From an uncultured bacterium (lineage in GTDB: Bacteria; Babelota; Babeliae; Babelales; Babelaceae): a stretch of 64,000 bases of DNA. The position numbers and the translations under genes are program-made. Location of the stretch: positions 64,001 through 128,000 of the forward strand of contig CAWKFG010000001.1 of the NCBI GenBank assembly GCA_963848965.1. The letters run 5' to 3'. The notes beneath the pieces were generated by a model. The model did not search any database. It saw nothing but the letters and a program-made list of their open reading frames with translations, and was not told the DNA's origin. This document shows positions 20,792-31,563 of the stretch, piece by piece (position 1 is the stretch's first letter; each line of letters starts with the position of its first letter).

Positions 20792-22342
20792 TTATAGAGT
20801 CCAGACGTACACTTTCTGGCAATTGACGGTAAGAGCTTCATGAGAAATTTTTTCTTGCCAGCTTTTTGTAGGGTCTCTGTCAAAAATAACAAGATGGCCT
20901 TCATGGGCGCCACATATATCTATGTATTCAGCTGTCTGCTTAAGACCATGTTTGAGCGTGTCTTCACCATATTTAATTTTAAGCTCAATAACAAATTTTT
21001 GGTCTTTCCAAGTAACAAAAAGATCTACTCGCTTTGTTCCTAATGAATATTCGCGATGTATGGTTCCTCCACCATTGATAATACGCTGAAGAAACGCCAT
21101 TAAAAGTAAATGCGGAAATGATTCTTGGTACCTTACATGTTGAGACCATACCTGAGAATTTTCTCTAAAAAATTGAGTGAAAGCACTAAGAAGCTTATTC
21201 ATGTCAAGCTTACCAAAGCTATCAAGATACCATTGGGTCTGCTGCATTACCATTTCTTGTAATACTGAAGTAAGAGTTCGTGGAATAACTTCTTGGTAAA
21301 TTGGATTAGCTATAGCAAAGGTATTTTTTTTAATAAGGCCAAGATCTCTTACATATTTAATATCATCGAGATTAAAAGTAGCGAGCTCTGGGCTACCACT
21401 TATAATGGGGTCGATGATTGTACGTACTCTCTCTTCATTGAGTTTATCGAATAAGGAATCAAGGTGGGTATCTTGTCTTAAAATAAGTACTTCTTTAGAT
21501 CGTTCAATTACTTCTTTAGTAATAGGTATCGTTCTATCAGTAATATCTCTAAAACAGGCCTGATATGCAAGGGCATTAACAAGCCATGGTTGTCCTTGCG
21601 TTAAATAGTAAGCATAGTCTATTGCTTCATCTGTAAAGATTTGTCCACTTGCTGTTGTATGCTGAAGGTAAAGATCTTTGACCTGTTCTTGAGAAAAATT
21701 AGAAAGTGTTAAAGATTCTGCTTTAATATTAAAGGGGCTACTCGCAGAAACATAAGCTCCAGACTCTTTAGACCACACTCTATAATCCCTTACATCTCTT
21801 AGACCAATAAGAAATATTGATTGAGGAAAATTATCAGGTCTTTGATTAAAACCGGCTCGTATTTGCCTGAGTACAGAAAGCAAAGAATCACCGATTAAAG
21901 AATCTATTTCGTCAATAAAGAGAACAACAGGTCTCTTTGATGTTTGTGCAAAAAAGCGTAATGCATTAAGCAGAAGGCTTAGCGTAATAGGATGAATCCT
22001 GAACATTTCTTTTAAATGATCAGGGATCTCCTGTTGTTCATGAAGTTGTGTAGCTATTGCTACAGAAAGCTCTTCAACAATAGTAATAAGGGCTTTTTCG
22101 GCATTATCTCGTGCTGCTTGAGCTGGTTCAATGTTGATGTAAAGAGCAGCATATTTATCATTACTGTTAAGGTAGTGTACAAACTCTTCAATGGCAGTAG
22201 TTTTACCACTTTGGCGTGGAGCATGAAGAACAAAATATTCTCTATCTTCAATAAGAGCACTTACATAATCCCAATCAAAACGTTTGGGAATAAAGTAATG
22301 CCGTTCTGGATCAATAGGACCTGCTATACAAAATTTTTTCAT
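20792..22342 (-). CDS. AAA-like ATPase with C-terminal PD-(D/E)xK nuclease-like domain
   Basis: APRQSGKTT, LFIDEID, SPFNI, GQPWLVNAL; C-terminal REY...RVDL...FVIELK...Q..EY. Confidence 0.85.
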   Translation of the reverse strand: MKKFCIAGPIDPERHYFIPKRFDWDYVSALIEDREYFVLHAPRQSGKTTAIEEFVHYLNSNDKYAALYINIEPAQAARDNAEKALITIVEELSVAIATQLHEQQEIPDHLKEMFRIHPITLSLLLNALRFFAQTSKRPVVLFIDEIDSLIGDSLLSVLRQIRAGFNQRPDNFPQSIFLIGLRDVRDYRVWSKESGAYVSASSPFNIKAESLTLSNFSQEQVKDLYLQHTTASGQIFTDEAIDYAYYLTQGQPWLVNALAYQACFRDITDRTIPITKEVIERSKEVLILRQDTHLDSLFDKLNEERVRTIIDPIISGSPELATFNLDDIKYVRDLGLIKKNTFAIANPIYQEVIPRTLTSVLQEMVMQQTQWYLDSFGKLDMNKLLSAFTQFFRENSQVWSQHVRYQESFPHLLLMAFLQRIINGGGTIHREYSLGTKRVDLFVTWKDQKFVIELKIKYGEDTLKHGLKQTAEYIDICGAHEGHLVIFDRDPTKSWQEKISHEALTVNCQKVYVWTL

Positions 22343-22460
22343 GAAGATGCTCTCAAAAGTACTATTAATTCTATTTAATTCTATATCATTTTAGATATGA
22401 TTAGCAAGGTGCCGATTTTATACAGCATGTGCTGTAGCGAGCGAGCACTATTACTTCCGC

Positions 22461-24683
22461 TTAAAGCGCAGGTTCAATAAAGCGAACATCTAACTTTTTA
22501 ATGCCTGTAATAAAGCGTGCAGTAACATAGGTAGTATCACTCTTTTTTTCTATTTTTTGAATAATACCTTTACCAAAGCTTTTATGTATAACTGATTGGT
22601 TAATATACCATTCATCTTCTGATGCGAGAGTGATTGGTTCTTGGTGAATGATCTGCTCTTGAGGTACTAATTTTTGAGAGTTGCTGATCCATTGAGAGAA
22701 ATACTGGCTAAACTCATGAGTACTCCAATGAGAGCATTCATGCCTTTGTACATGCCCGTGTGGTATCTCGTCAAGAAAACGAGAAGGACGTTGATCAGTC
22801 ATTTGACCATAAGTATAGCGGTATCTTGTATGGGTAAGCAGTAACCTCTCACGAGCTCGAGTAATACCTACATACAAAAGACGGCGTTCCTCTTCAAGTG
22901 TCTCTGGTTGATATAATGCATGGCCGCTTGGTAGAACTCCTTCTTCAATGCCGGTAAGCATAACAGTATCAAATTCAAGGCCTTTAGCTGCATGGAGTGT
23001 CATGAGTCGTACTTGATCATGATTTTCTTCTTTAGCTGCCATCTGTTCTTGTAAAAGAGCTACATCTTCAAGAAACTTTTCAAGATTTTGCTGTGTTTTC
23101 TCTTCAAAGAAGAGTATGCCATTTAGAAGTTCTTTAACGTTCTCTCTTTTTGCTTCTGCCTCTTCTTTTTCAAATGATTCACGCAAATAGCTGTAATAGT
23201 TCGTCTTTTGAATGATTGTTGTAAGTGCGTCGCTTGCTTTAGTTGCAGGTGAAATATCCTCAAACACAGAAAGAAAGTTTTTTAAGGATTCTTGCTTTGC
23301 TCGAGTAAGCTTTTGTTCTGCTAGAAGTATATGAGCAACATCAGTAAACTTAAGAAAAGGTTGTTCGTCCCAAATAGCATAAAAGAGCTCTTCAAATTTA
23401 TCTCCCAGCCCTCGCTGTGGACTATTAATAACACGAGAGAATGCAAGCCGGTCAAAAGGATTTATTATAAGGCGTAAATACGCAAGAAGATCTTTAATTT
23501 CAAGTCTATCATAGAACTGAATACCACCAATAATTTTATAGGCAATCCCATGTCTAAGCATAGCTTCTTCAAGTGCACGTGATAGAAAATGAGATCTATA
23601 GAGTATAGCGTGTGTGTGCTCAGGATATTTTTTTTGTAAATGTTTGAGAAAAAGTGCTAATGCTTCACCTTCTTGGTATCCAGAATTACAGGTCAAAAGC
23701 CTAATGCGATCATGAGCTTCGCGTTGGGACCATAAGCGTTTAGGGTTGCGGTACGAGTTATTTTTAATAATCTCATTTGCTATATGCAAAATAGGTTGTA
23801 CTGATCTATAATTTTGTTCAATAGTGATAGCAACTGTTGAAGGAAAATCTTTTCCAAAATTTATAATATTGGTAACAGTTGCTCCGCGCCAAGAGTAAAT
23901 TGACTGATCTTCATCACCAACAACACACAATGAATCAAGAGCAAATTCTTGCTGCTCGTTTTGTACGAGTGCTTTAAGCAGTGCATGTTGTACTCTATTG
24001 GTATCTTGGTACTCATCTACAAGCACATGGCGCACTTGACGCTGAAAAGCAGCTTTAAATGTCGGATGTTTTTCAAAAAGCTGGAGTGTATGAGTAAGAA
24101 GATCATCAAAGTCAAGACAATGAGCAGCTGTCTTTTGTTGCTCATAAGCAAAATAGAGATCACGAAGTAATGGATCATAACTATAAAGCTCTTGGCGTTC
24201 ATCATGAGTTACTGCTTCGTTTTTAATACGAGAAATAAACGAGATAACCTGTTTTGGTGCTATTCTTTTAGTAAAACTATATTTATGTAAAATACCACGA
24301 ATAAGCTTTTCTTGATCACTTTCGTCAAGAAGCGAAAATACGCCCATAGGAAGCAAATGAGAATTGCTTTTTAAAAGTTTAAGACAGTAGGAGTGGAAAG
24401 TACCTACATACGGCAGTCGTGAATCTTCTCCTAAAAAGTTTTGAATACGCTCTTTCATTTCCCGTGCTGCTTTATTGGTAAAAGTAAGAGCAAGCACTTC
24501 ATGAGGCTGTACTCGATGATTAAGAATAAGGTATGCCATACGAGCAGTAATTACTCGTGTTTTACCAGATCCTGCGCCAGCGCACACTAAAAGAATGCCA
24601 TCTTTAGGCGCTACAACTTCCTGTTGCTCAGGATTTAAAGAGAGCTCGAAAAAGTCATTAAATGTTTGATAGATAGTACTCAT
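22461..24683 (-). CDS. uvrD: UvrD/PcrA ATP-dependent DNA helicase
   Basis: AGAGSGKT, TFTNKAA, VDEYQDTN, VGDEDQSIYSWRGA, QNYRS, TLHAAKGLEF, EEERRLLYVGITRA. Confidence 0.95.
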   Translation of the reverse strand: MSTIYQTFNDFFELSLNPEQQEVVAPKDGILLVCAGAGSGKTRVITARMAYLILNHRVQPHEVLALTFTNKAAREMKERIQNFLGEDSRLPYVGTFHSYCLKLLKSNSHLLPMGVFSLLDESDQEKLIRGILHKYSFTKRIAPKQVISFISRIKNEAVTHDERQELYSYDPLLRDLYFAYEQQKTAAHCLDFDDLLTHTLQLFEKHPTFKAAFQRQVRHVLVDEYQDTNRVQHALLKALVQNEQQEFALDSLCVVGDEDQSIYSWRGATVTNIINFGKDFPSTVAITIEQNYRSVQPILHIANEIIKNNSYRNPKRLWSQREAHDRIRLLTCNSGYQEGEALALFLKHLQKKYPEHTHAILYRSHFLSRALEEAMLRHGIAYKIIGGIQFYDRLEIKDLLAYLRLIINPFDRLAFSRVINSPQRGLGDKFEELFYAIWDEQPFLKFTDVAHILLAEQKLTRAKQESLKNFLSVFEDISPATKASDALTTIIQKTNYYSYLRESFEKEEAEAKRENVKELLNGILFFEEKTQQNLEKFLEDVALLQEQMAAKEENHDQVRLMTLHAAKGLEFDTVMLTGIEEGVLPSGHALYQPETLEEERRLLYVGITRARERLLLTHTRYRYTYGQMTDQRPSRFLDEIPHGHVQRHECSHWSTHEFSQYFSQWISNSQKLVPQEQIIHQEPITLASEDEWYINQSVIHKSFGKGIIQKIEKKSDTTYVTARFITGIKKLDVRFIEPAL

Positions 24684-24815
24684 AGTTGTTATAGTTATTG
24701 TTGAGCGTAACTCTGTCTATACTACCGTTTTTTATGATTTTTGGCAAAGAACTTTTGGCAATTAAGATTCAAAATTAAAAGAAGCAGGTTTTCAATCTTG
24801 CTTGGTGCGTAAAGG

Positions 24816-24838
24816 AGGGAGCACAATGTGCTCCCTTT
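24816..24838 (-). terminator. Hairpin downstream of the ankyrin gene
   Basis: AGGGAGCACA-A-TGTGCTCCCT inverted repeat. Confidence 0.6.
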
Positions 24839-24851
24839 GAGTATAGTAGAG

Positions 24852-25724
24852 TTATTTTTTATCTATGTTCATAAGAAATTTGATCATGCCAAACTTGTTG
24901 TTCCCTATTGCTTGTATAAGACATTTTTGCATAAGTGCTGGCCTTATATCAGTGCTATCGCAAGGAGTATGGCTCAGAAGCATAAGGGCAATCTTTGTGT
25001 TCCCTAACTTAAATGCTAACTCAAAGCAACTAAGACCTGCTTTGTCTGTAAGGTATCCAAGATAGGGATTAAGTTGGAGTAAAGTTTTAACTACTTTCGT
25101 TTTATTGCTAAGAATCGCAAGATGTAAAGGAGTATTGCCTGCATCATCTTTTATAGAAAGCGCTATACCTTCTTGAGCAAGAGTAATGATTTCATTGCAA
25201 TTAGATGAGTTTACTGCGTTAAAAAGACGTTCTCTAAGTTGCAACCATTGAGCAATGAAAGGAATACTCCTCCTTTGTGCAGTTTCTAAAGGGCTAAGTC
25301 CAAATTTACTCCATTTGGATGACCAGTCTGCACCGTGGTTAAGTAATAAGTAAATGAGCTTTTTATTGTTATGAATAGCTGCAGCGTCTAAAGCAGACAT
25401 AGAATCTAATTGTCTTCTATAGTTAACCTGTACATAGGGCTGTAAAAGTAGAAACTCTACTACTGCTAGAGCGCGGCCTCCTGTCAGACAAGCATTAAGG
25501 AGTGCACCATGAATAGCTTTTAAGTGTTCATCATTGTGTATGTCAAGTTGTCCTAAACATTTTTGTACCTTTTCAAGATTAGCTTCAGAACCGGCAAACA
25601 TAATGAGTTCTACTAGGTTAGTAGGTTGTACTACTTCAATATATCCTGTAGTATGCATAAAGGCTGTACAAGTGCCTGCTATACTACATAGTGAAGAGAG
25701 GGCTAAGAAGATTATTTTATACAT
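24852..25724 (-). CDS. Secreted ankyrin-repeat protein
   Basis: Signal peptide; SALDAAA, GNTPLHLAI repeats. Confidence 0.85.
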   Translation of the reverse strand: MYKIIFLALSSLCSIAGTCTAFMHTTGYIEVVQPTNLVELIMFAGSEANLEKVQKCLGQLDIHNDEHLKAIHGALLNACLTGGRALAVVEFLLLQPYVQVNYRRQLDSMSALDAAAIHNNKKLIYLLLNHGADWSSKWSKFGLSPLETAQRRSIPFIAQWLQLRERLFNAVNSSNCNEIITLAQEGIALSIKDDAGNTPLHLAILSNKTKVVKTLLQLNPYLGYLTDKAGLSCFELAFKLGNTKIALMLLSHTPCDSTDIRPALMQKCLIQAIGNNKFGMIKFLMNIDKK

Positions 25725-25952
25725 AAAAGACCTTTCATTAAATAATTTAATATTACTATTTATAATAATTGTTACCCTGACTTTGTCAATAACTAATTAT
25801 TTTTGCTGTTTTTTAAATCTTTAAAAGCATACGCTTGCTTGACAAGTTGAATCATAGATTTATAATGTTAAATATCAAATACAAACTGTATAATAAATCA
25901 GAGCACTTGCGAGTAAAAATATACCAGTTTTTACTTTTCCTAAGGAGTATCT

Positions 25953-28900
25953 ATGAATCGTGCACTCTTACTTACTTTAAGTGCATTTTTTGCTTTACAT
26001 TCTTATACCTATGCTATGAAAAGGGCTCCTGAGCCTAAGATGAAAGTGGAAGCTGCTAAAAAGTCTAAAGGTGACTGGAGAGCACTTCTTATGAGCGCTG
26101 CTGCAAAAGGAAATATAAATATCTTGCAGGCGCTTGCTAGAAAGAAGATTGATTTTAACACAAAAGATGCAACTGGCTATAGCCCATTAATGCATGCAAT
26201 TATCAACGGTCATAAAGATGCCGTAGTATGGCTTGTAAAAATGAACGCAAATGTTAATGTGCAAGCAGGCGGGCTAAGTGCTTTAATGTTAGCGATAATT
26301 CATAATCATAAAGACATTATAACTTTTTTAATTGAAGCAAGGGCTCATATAAACGTTCACGATGCTATCGGTTGGACTCCTTTAGTGTATGCAGTAAGAG
26401 CAGGTCATAAAGAAGTTATTTGCTATTTATTAGCTAAAGGAGCTGATCCTCTTGTGTGTGACAGAGCAGGTTGGACACTTCTTATGCATGCAGCATTTGA
26501 AGGTCATAAAGAGATAATTGAACTACTTATTCAACAGCGCGTTGCTGTTAACATACATGATTCTGCTGGTGTCAATGCTCTTATGATTGCTGCAAAACAG
26601 GGTCGTAAAGATGCTGTTGAACGATTGCTTGTACATGGAGCCAAAAGTAATAGCCAGGATAGTGCAGGAATGACTGCTTTAATGTATGCTGTACAAGGCG
26701 ATCCATTTCAAGAAATAGATAGTGCTACAGTAGTAGAGAATTTTTATGAAGCTATGGAGGTAACAGGTGAAAAGCCTCTTATATCTGCTGAACAAAGGAC
26801 TACTCCTTTTATAAAACGAGGAGATCATGAAGCTGTTATAGAACTTCTCCTTAAATGTGGCGCTCAAGTTCAGCTACGTGATAAAAAAAGTCGTACTGCT
26901 CTTATGCTTGCAGCAGAGGCTGGCAATAAAGCTGCAATTGAACTATTGCTCTCTTATAAAGCGTCCGTGAACGATAAAGATGCAGATGGTATGACTGCTT
27001 TAAACTATGCTCAAAAAAATGGTTATGAAGAGCTAGTACGCATTCTTTTGACACATGAAAATCAAGCAGCAGAGTCGATTGATGCTGCTCAATTACTTAA
27101 AAAAATGAAAACAGAAGCTGAGCAAGGTGTTAAGAAGCTTGTTATGGGTAAGGAAAATCCACAAGCTAGGCTTAATGCTACGTTATTACTTGTGGCGCAA
27201 CAAGGAAAGATTGATGTTATAGAAGATCTACTTAATAAAAAAGCAGACATTAATGTACCTGATGATAAAGGCCGTACGCCGCTTATGCTTGCTCTTGCAG
27301 CAAATCATAAAGATGCTGTAGCTCTTCTTATAAAAAAAGGAGCAAACGTACAGCTACAAGATGTAAAAGGTAACACTTCTTTAATGTATGCTGTAGCACA
27401 ATCCAATAGAGAAACTATTAGTGCACTCCTTGAGGCAGGTGCAGATAGTAATGTGCAAAATACCTTAGGAGAAAGTGCTTTAAAGATTGCTCTTGTAAGT
27501 AAAAATAAAGATATCATAGAGATGCTCCTTAAGAAGGCTACTTTTGTTGATATTCAAGATACGAAAGGAAGAACTCCTTTAATGACTGCAGCTCAATACA
27601 ATACCCTTGATGGTATTGACCTGTTACTTCAAAAAGGCGCAGACGTAAATGCACAAGCTCAAGGTGGTATGACTCCATTATTATTTGCAGCTCAACAAGG
27701 GCATTTAGAAGCAGTAAAAAAGCTTGTAAGTGCAGGTGCTTACGTAAACGTAAAAAACTATAGAGGAGCAACAGCTCTTGTTTATGCTATGACTGGTGGA
27801 CACAAAGGGATAGTAGAATTTTTACTTACCTGTGGAGCAGACGTAAATATTATTTTTAAAGATGTGTCTACAAACGCAGAAGGTACTAGTATTCTTCGTT
27901 CTGAAGGAATTACTCCCCTTATTTATGCTTGCCAGCTTGGTAATAAAAACTTAGTAGAGCTTTTTCTTGCAAGAAGAGCCTTTGTTAATGCTCAAGATGC
28001 TCGAGGAAATACTGCACTTATAGAGGCAGTGAAGCAAGGAGATAAAGAGATTGTAGATCTTCTTCTTAAGTATAATGCTCATGTTAATGCACGCAATAAT
28101 GAAGGAAGAACGTCACTCATGTTTGCTGCAGATAAAGGACATCAAGAGATAGCGTTAACTCTTTTAGAGAAAGGTGCATTTGTTAATGCACAGGATAATG
28201 ATGGTTGTACTGCCTTGGTACGAGCAGCGAATAATGGGCATCATGCAGTAGTATATCTGTTAATATATTATAGAGCAGATATTCGTTGTGGTATTACTGC
28301 TCAAGGGGATACTGCTTTAATACTTGCAGCCAGAAATGGACACACATCTGTTGTATCGTTATTGCTTTCGTATGAAGATTCAGGAACTACCTATGTTAAC
28401 ACCTGTAATAAACAGGGAGTTGCTGCTTTAGCGTATGCTCTAGAGAAACAACACAAAGATATAGTTAAACTTTTGTTAGCAGCACATGCAGATGTTGCTG
28501 TTAAAGATGCAGCAGGAGCGACTCCCTTAACACTTGCAGTGATAAAAGGTGATGAAGAGCTTGTTAGCCTCTGTTTACAAGCAAATCCTCATAAACAGCA
28601 TAGTCTTAATATAGCGTTAATTGTAGCAGCTAGGGTAGGCAACGTTGCTCTTGCACAATGGCTTAAAGAGCAGGGTGCTCACGTTAATCACAAAGATAGT
28701 ACAGGAAGACCTTTATTAATGAGTGCAGCTTTTGCTGGTAGTTCCGGAGCAGTAACTATTCTCCTTAACTTAGAAGCTGACATAAATGCTACTGATGTTG
28801 ATGGTAATACTGCTTTAATGGTAGCCGCAGCTAAAGGGCATACAGATGTACTTGCTCTCCTTCTTAAACGTAATGCAGATGTAAAAGTTCGTAACAAAAG

Positions 28901-29189
28901 TGGTATTACTGCTCTCTTATTTGCAGCAAGCAATGGTTATAAAGAGATAGTAGAGCTTCTTTTAAATAACGGTGCAGATAGTAATGAATGTGATGATAAG
29001 GGTAATAGTGCTTTGTACCATGCAGTGAAGAAAAATCGCTTGGAAATAGCAATGCTGCTCTTTTCTCGAGGTGCTGATATGTATCATGCCAATAAAAAAG
29101 GTAATGTTGCTCTAGTGAAGGCTTTGAAAAAAGGTTATTCAGAGCTGGCAGATCTTCTTTTGCTTTGTGAAGAGCTGCCAGCAAAATAA
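25953..29189 (+). CDS. Large secreted ankyrin-repeat protein with N-terminal NLS-like motif
   Basis: AAGGAG RBS; signal peptide TYA|MKRAPEPKMKVEAAKKSK; more than 20 G.T(A/P)L..A repeats. Confidence 0.93.
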   Translation: MNRALLLTLSAFFALHSYTYAMKRAPEPKMKVEAAKKSKGDWRALLMSAAAKGNINILQALARKKIDFNTKDATGYSPLMHAIINGHKDAVVWLVKMNANVNVQAGGLSALMLAIIHNHKDIITFLIEARAHINVHDAIGWTPLVYAVRAGHKEVICYLLAKGADPLVCDRAGWTLLMHAAFEGHKEIIELLIQQRVAVNIHDSAGVNALMIAAKQGRKDAVERLLVHGAKSNSQDSAGMTALMYAVQGDPFQEIDSATVVENFYEAMEVTGEKPLISAEQRTTPFIKRGDHEAVIELLLKCGAQVQLRDKKSRTALMLAAEAGNKAAIELLLSYKASVNDKDADGMTALNYAQKNGYEELVRILLTHENQAAESIDAAQLLKKMKTEAEQGVKKLVMGKENPQARLNATLLLVAQQGKIDVIEDLLNKKADINVPDDKGRTPLMLALAANHKDAVALLIKKGANVQLQDVKGNTSLMYAVAQSNRETISALLEAGADSNVQNTLGESALKIALVSKNKDIIEMLLKKATFVDIQDTKGRTPLMTAAQYNTLDGIDLLLQKGADVNAQAQGGMTPLLFAAQQGHLEAVKKLVSAGAYVNVKNYRGATALVYAMTGGHKGIVEFLLTCGADVNIIFKDVSTNAEGTSILRSEGITPLIYACQLGNKNLVELFLARRAFVNAQDARGNTALIEAVKQGDKEIVDLLLKYNAHVNARNNEGRTSLMFAADKGHQEIALTLLEKGAFVNAQDNDGCTALVRAANNGHHAVVYLLIYYRADIRCGITAQGDTALILAARNGHTSVVSLLLSYEDSGTTYVNTCNKQGVAALAYALEKQHKDIVKLLLAAHADVAVKDAAGATPLTLAVIKGDEELVSLCLQANPHKQHSLNIALIVAARVGNVALAQWLKEQGAHVNHKDSTGRPLLMSAAFAGSSGAVTILLNLEADINATDVDGNTALMVAAAKGHTDVLALLLKRNADVKVRNKSGITALLFAASNGYKEIVELLLNNGADSNECDDKGNSALYHAVKKNRLEIAMLLFSRGADMYHANKKGNVALVKALKKGYSELADLLLLCEELPAK

Positions 29190-29201
29190 TCTTGTGTTGC
29201 T

Positions 29202-31436
29202 TTAAGCTGCAGGTGCTGCTTTAGGAGGAGCTATCATATCCTTTATTTTGCATCCTGCATATATAAGGGCTGACAGAGCTATGTGAGAAACGATAGCTGA
29301 AGCAGTATGATTAACCATAGATCTAAAATCGAACAACTTAGGTTCATTCTTGCGTTCTTCTTTTTTCTCTTTTTGAATCTCATTTTTTGTTTTCTCAAGT
29401 GCTTTATGTAAATGAGTTCCTGCTACTTTATCAGCTTTATTTCTTCGTGCAATGATAACAGCTTGGTTTACCATAATTTCAAGCTCACGACCACTGACTG
29501 TATCTGTTATTGAAGAGAGTTCCTTGCAAAGGGATTCGTCTTCCATGCCCAATTTAGATAAATAGTGGCGTATAATGGTTTCACGAGCCTGTAAATCTGG
29601 TAACGGTATTTCAAGACAATAGTTTCTACACCTGCTTTTTGTAGTAGCATCGATAGCACTATAGCGATTTGTAGCACCAATAACAAATATATTAGGATCT
29701 TTCTTATCAAGTTCATTATTAAAGATTTGAAGAAGATCTGTCCGCTGTTTTTCTTTTGTTGAAGTAGCTAAAATAGCATCTATTTCATCAATAAAGATGA
29801 TAACAGGCTGTTGCAGATTGCGAGCGTCCTCAAAGATTTTGCGTAATCGCTTTACACCTTCGCCATAGTATTTATTTAAAAGTGACGATGCAACTACTTC
29901 AGTGTAAAGTCTATCTGTTTCATGTGCAATAAGTCGAGCAAGCGTAGTTTTACCAGTTCCTGGAGGGCCATAGAGAAGCATCATAGGAGGAAGGAAAGTA
30001 AGACCCATAGCACGATACGTTTGTCTGTTTTTAAGGATATCTATGATATCTTCTACTGTTTCAGGTAAAGCGCCCGCATAGTCATCGCGTGTTATCAATG
30101 ACTTTACAAAAGTTACTTCTGGAAGCTTTTTTTCATTATCTACCAATGTTTGTTGGGCATTGTGTACTGATTGTGGTATTGTAATTGCTGGTGATTCTGG
30201 CGCTTCAGATGAGTTTTTTCCAGTAAGATGGTGTAAGAGCTTTGTAGCAAATTCTTTTGTTTCTGAAGTTGTATGAGTATTAGAGTCTGCAAAAAGATAT
30301 TGTGTAGAATTCTTGCTTTTATTGACAACACAAACGAACCAGCGTGTGTTATAGTGAACAAAGAGAATAGTAATAAAGGAACATGTAGGATCTTGTAGTT
30401 TTTGTACTAAATCTTTGAGTTTATACTCAAGATGATTAGAAAAGCTGCTGTTTTCTGGCATTCCTTCAAGGTATATAATAGGTATTATATTTAAAAGGGG
30501 AGATAGTAAATCCATAGAATGAGCATCTTCTGTACGTTCGCGCTCAAGTTGAACAAGCTTTTCAACTTCTTGTTGTGTAAGCCACGTGCCAGGTGCCTCT
30601 ACTTTTTCTTTGGGATTTACTATGCGGTGTGAATAACTTCTTTTATATGCACTTTGGTGCTCAGAAATAATACGATTATCATCTTTAACGATAAAGGAGA
30701 TTAGTTGTAATGTGGGTAAAAGGTTTTTAAGGTGCTGTACATCACACAAGCTTTTATAAGAAGAAACATCTGAATATTCACTTGCGTGATTCAACTTCTG
30801 TTCTATGAGCTTGTTAAGAGTAGCTGCAATATCATCGAAGGTAAAATGGTACTGGTGGTAGTTATCTTGAGAGTATTTTTCCTTGAAAAGGAGAGCCTTT
30901 GTCTTTACAGGCCCTGTAGTGACAAGCTGGTGTGCAAGAGTTGGTAAAAGAGCGATAAAAGCTTTGCGATCTTGTTCGTTATCAATGGACTCTAAAGATA
31001 TCCATCGATCTGTACATGAAAGCTTTACTTTTTTATTACTGGCAGATGATTTAGTAACTACTGATGCTCCTGCTAAAGCAGTTAAAAGAGTATCCCTTAC
31101 AAAATCTTGGGCAAACTGTTGTCTGCGCTGCTCTACAATATACGCTTTCCATGGCGCTGTTTTTTCTCCAAAGAGCTTTTTTACAAGAGTACTGTCTGTA
31201 AGTTGAGAGCATACAGATTCCCGCTCTAGAGGTTCGCTTACAATAAGCTTGCATAAAATAAGCGCATTTTTAAGGGCATGATAACCACTATTACCTTCTC
31301 CTATTTCATCTTCATCAAAGTGACTTTTTACTTTTACAAAAAGAGGAACATGTGTCGCTTGGCTAGCAGAATAGAGCTCGGTGCTTAAGCAAGTAAGGAT
31401 AGAACATAAGGTAAAAAATAAAGCGCATTTAAACAT
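29202..31436 (-). CDS. Secreted AAA+ ATPase with N-terminal papain/Josephin-like region and C-terminal hydrophobic segment
   Basis: Signal peptide; GPPGTGKT, IIFIDEID, VIGATN, SGRELE; N-terminal SGYHALKN...RWF...ADS. Confidence 0.8.
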   Translation of the reverse strand: MFKCALFFTLCSILTCLSTELYSASQATHVPLFVKVKSHFDEDEIGEGNSGYHALKNALILCKLIVSEPLERESVCSQLTDSTLVKKLFGEKTAPWKAYIVEQRRQQFAQDFVRDTLLTALAGASVVTKSSASNKKVKLSCTDRWISLESIDNEQDRKAFIALLPTLAHQLVTTGPVKTKALLFKEKYSQDNYHQYHFTFDDIAATLNKLIEQKLNHASEYSDVSSYKSLCDVQHLKNLLPTLQLISFIVKDDNRIISEHQSAYKRSYSHRIVNPKEKVEAPGTWLTQQEVEKLVQLERERTEDAHSMDLLSPLLNIIPIIYLEGMPENSSFSNHLEYKLKDLVQKLQDPTCSFITILFVHYNTRWFVCVVNKSKNSTQYLFADSNTHTTSETKEFATKLLHHLTGKNSSEAPESPAITIPQSVHNAQQTLVDNEKKLPEVTFVKSLITRDDYAGALPETVEDIIDILKNRQTYRAMGLTFLPPMMLLYGPPGTGKTTLARLIAHETDRLYTEVVASSLLNKYYGEGVKRLRKIFEDARNLQQPVIIFIDEIDAILATSTKEKQRTDLLQIFNNELDKKDPNIFVIGATNRYSAIDATTKSRCRNYCLEIPLPDLQARETIIRHYLSKLGMEDESLCKELSSITDTVSGRELEIMVNQAVIIARRNKADKVAGTHLHKALEKTKNEIQKEKKEERKNEPKLFDFRSMVNHTASAIVSHIALSALIYAGCKIKDMIAPPKAAPAA

Positions 31437-31563
31437 AAGGTATCTCTCTACTAATAATATTCTACAATGCTTTTAGTATTGCAACTTTTTATTGGCAATT
31501 CAACAGGTAGCAATTTTAGTGCTATGACGCATTTTTAAAGTCCAGGGCATCATAGCGTTACTG

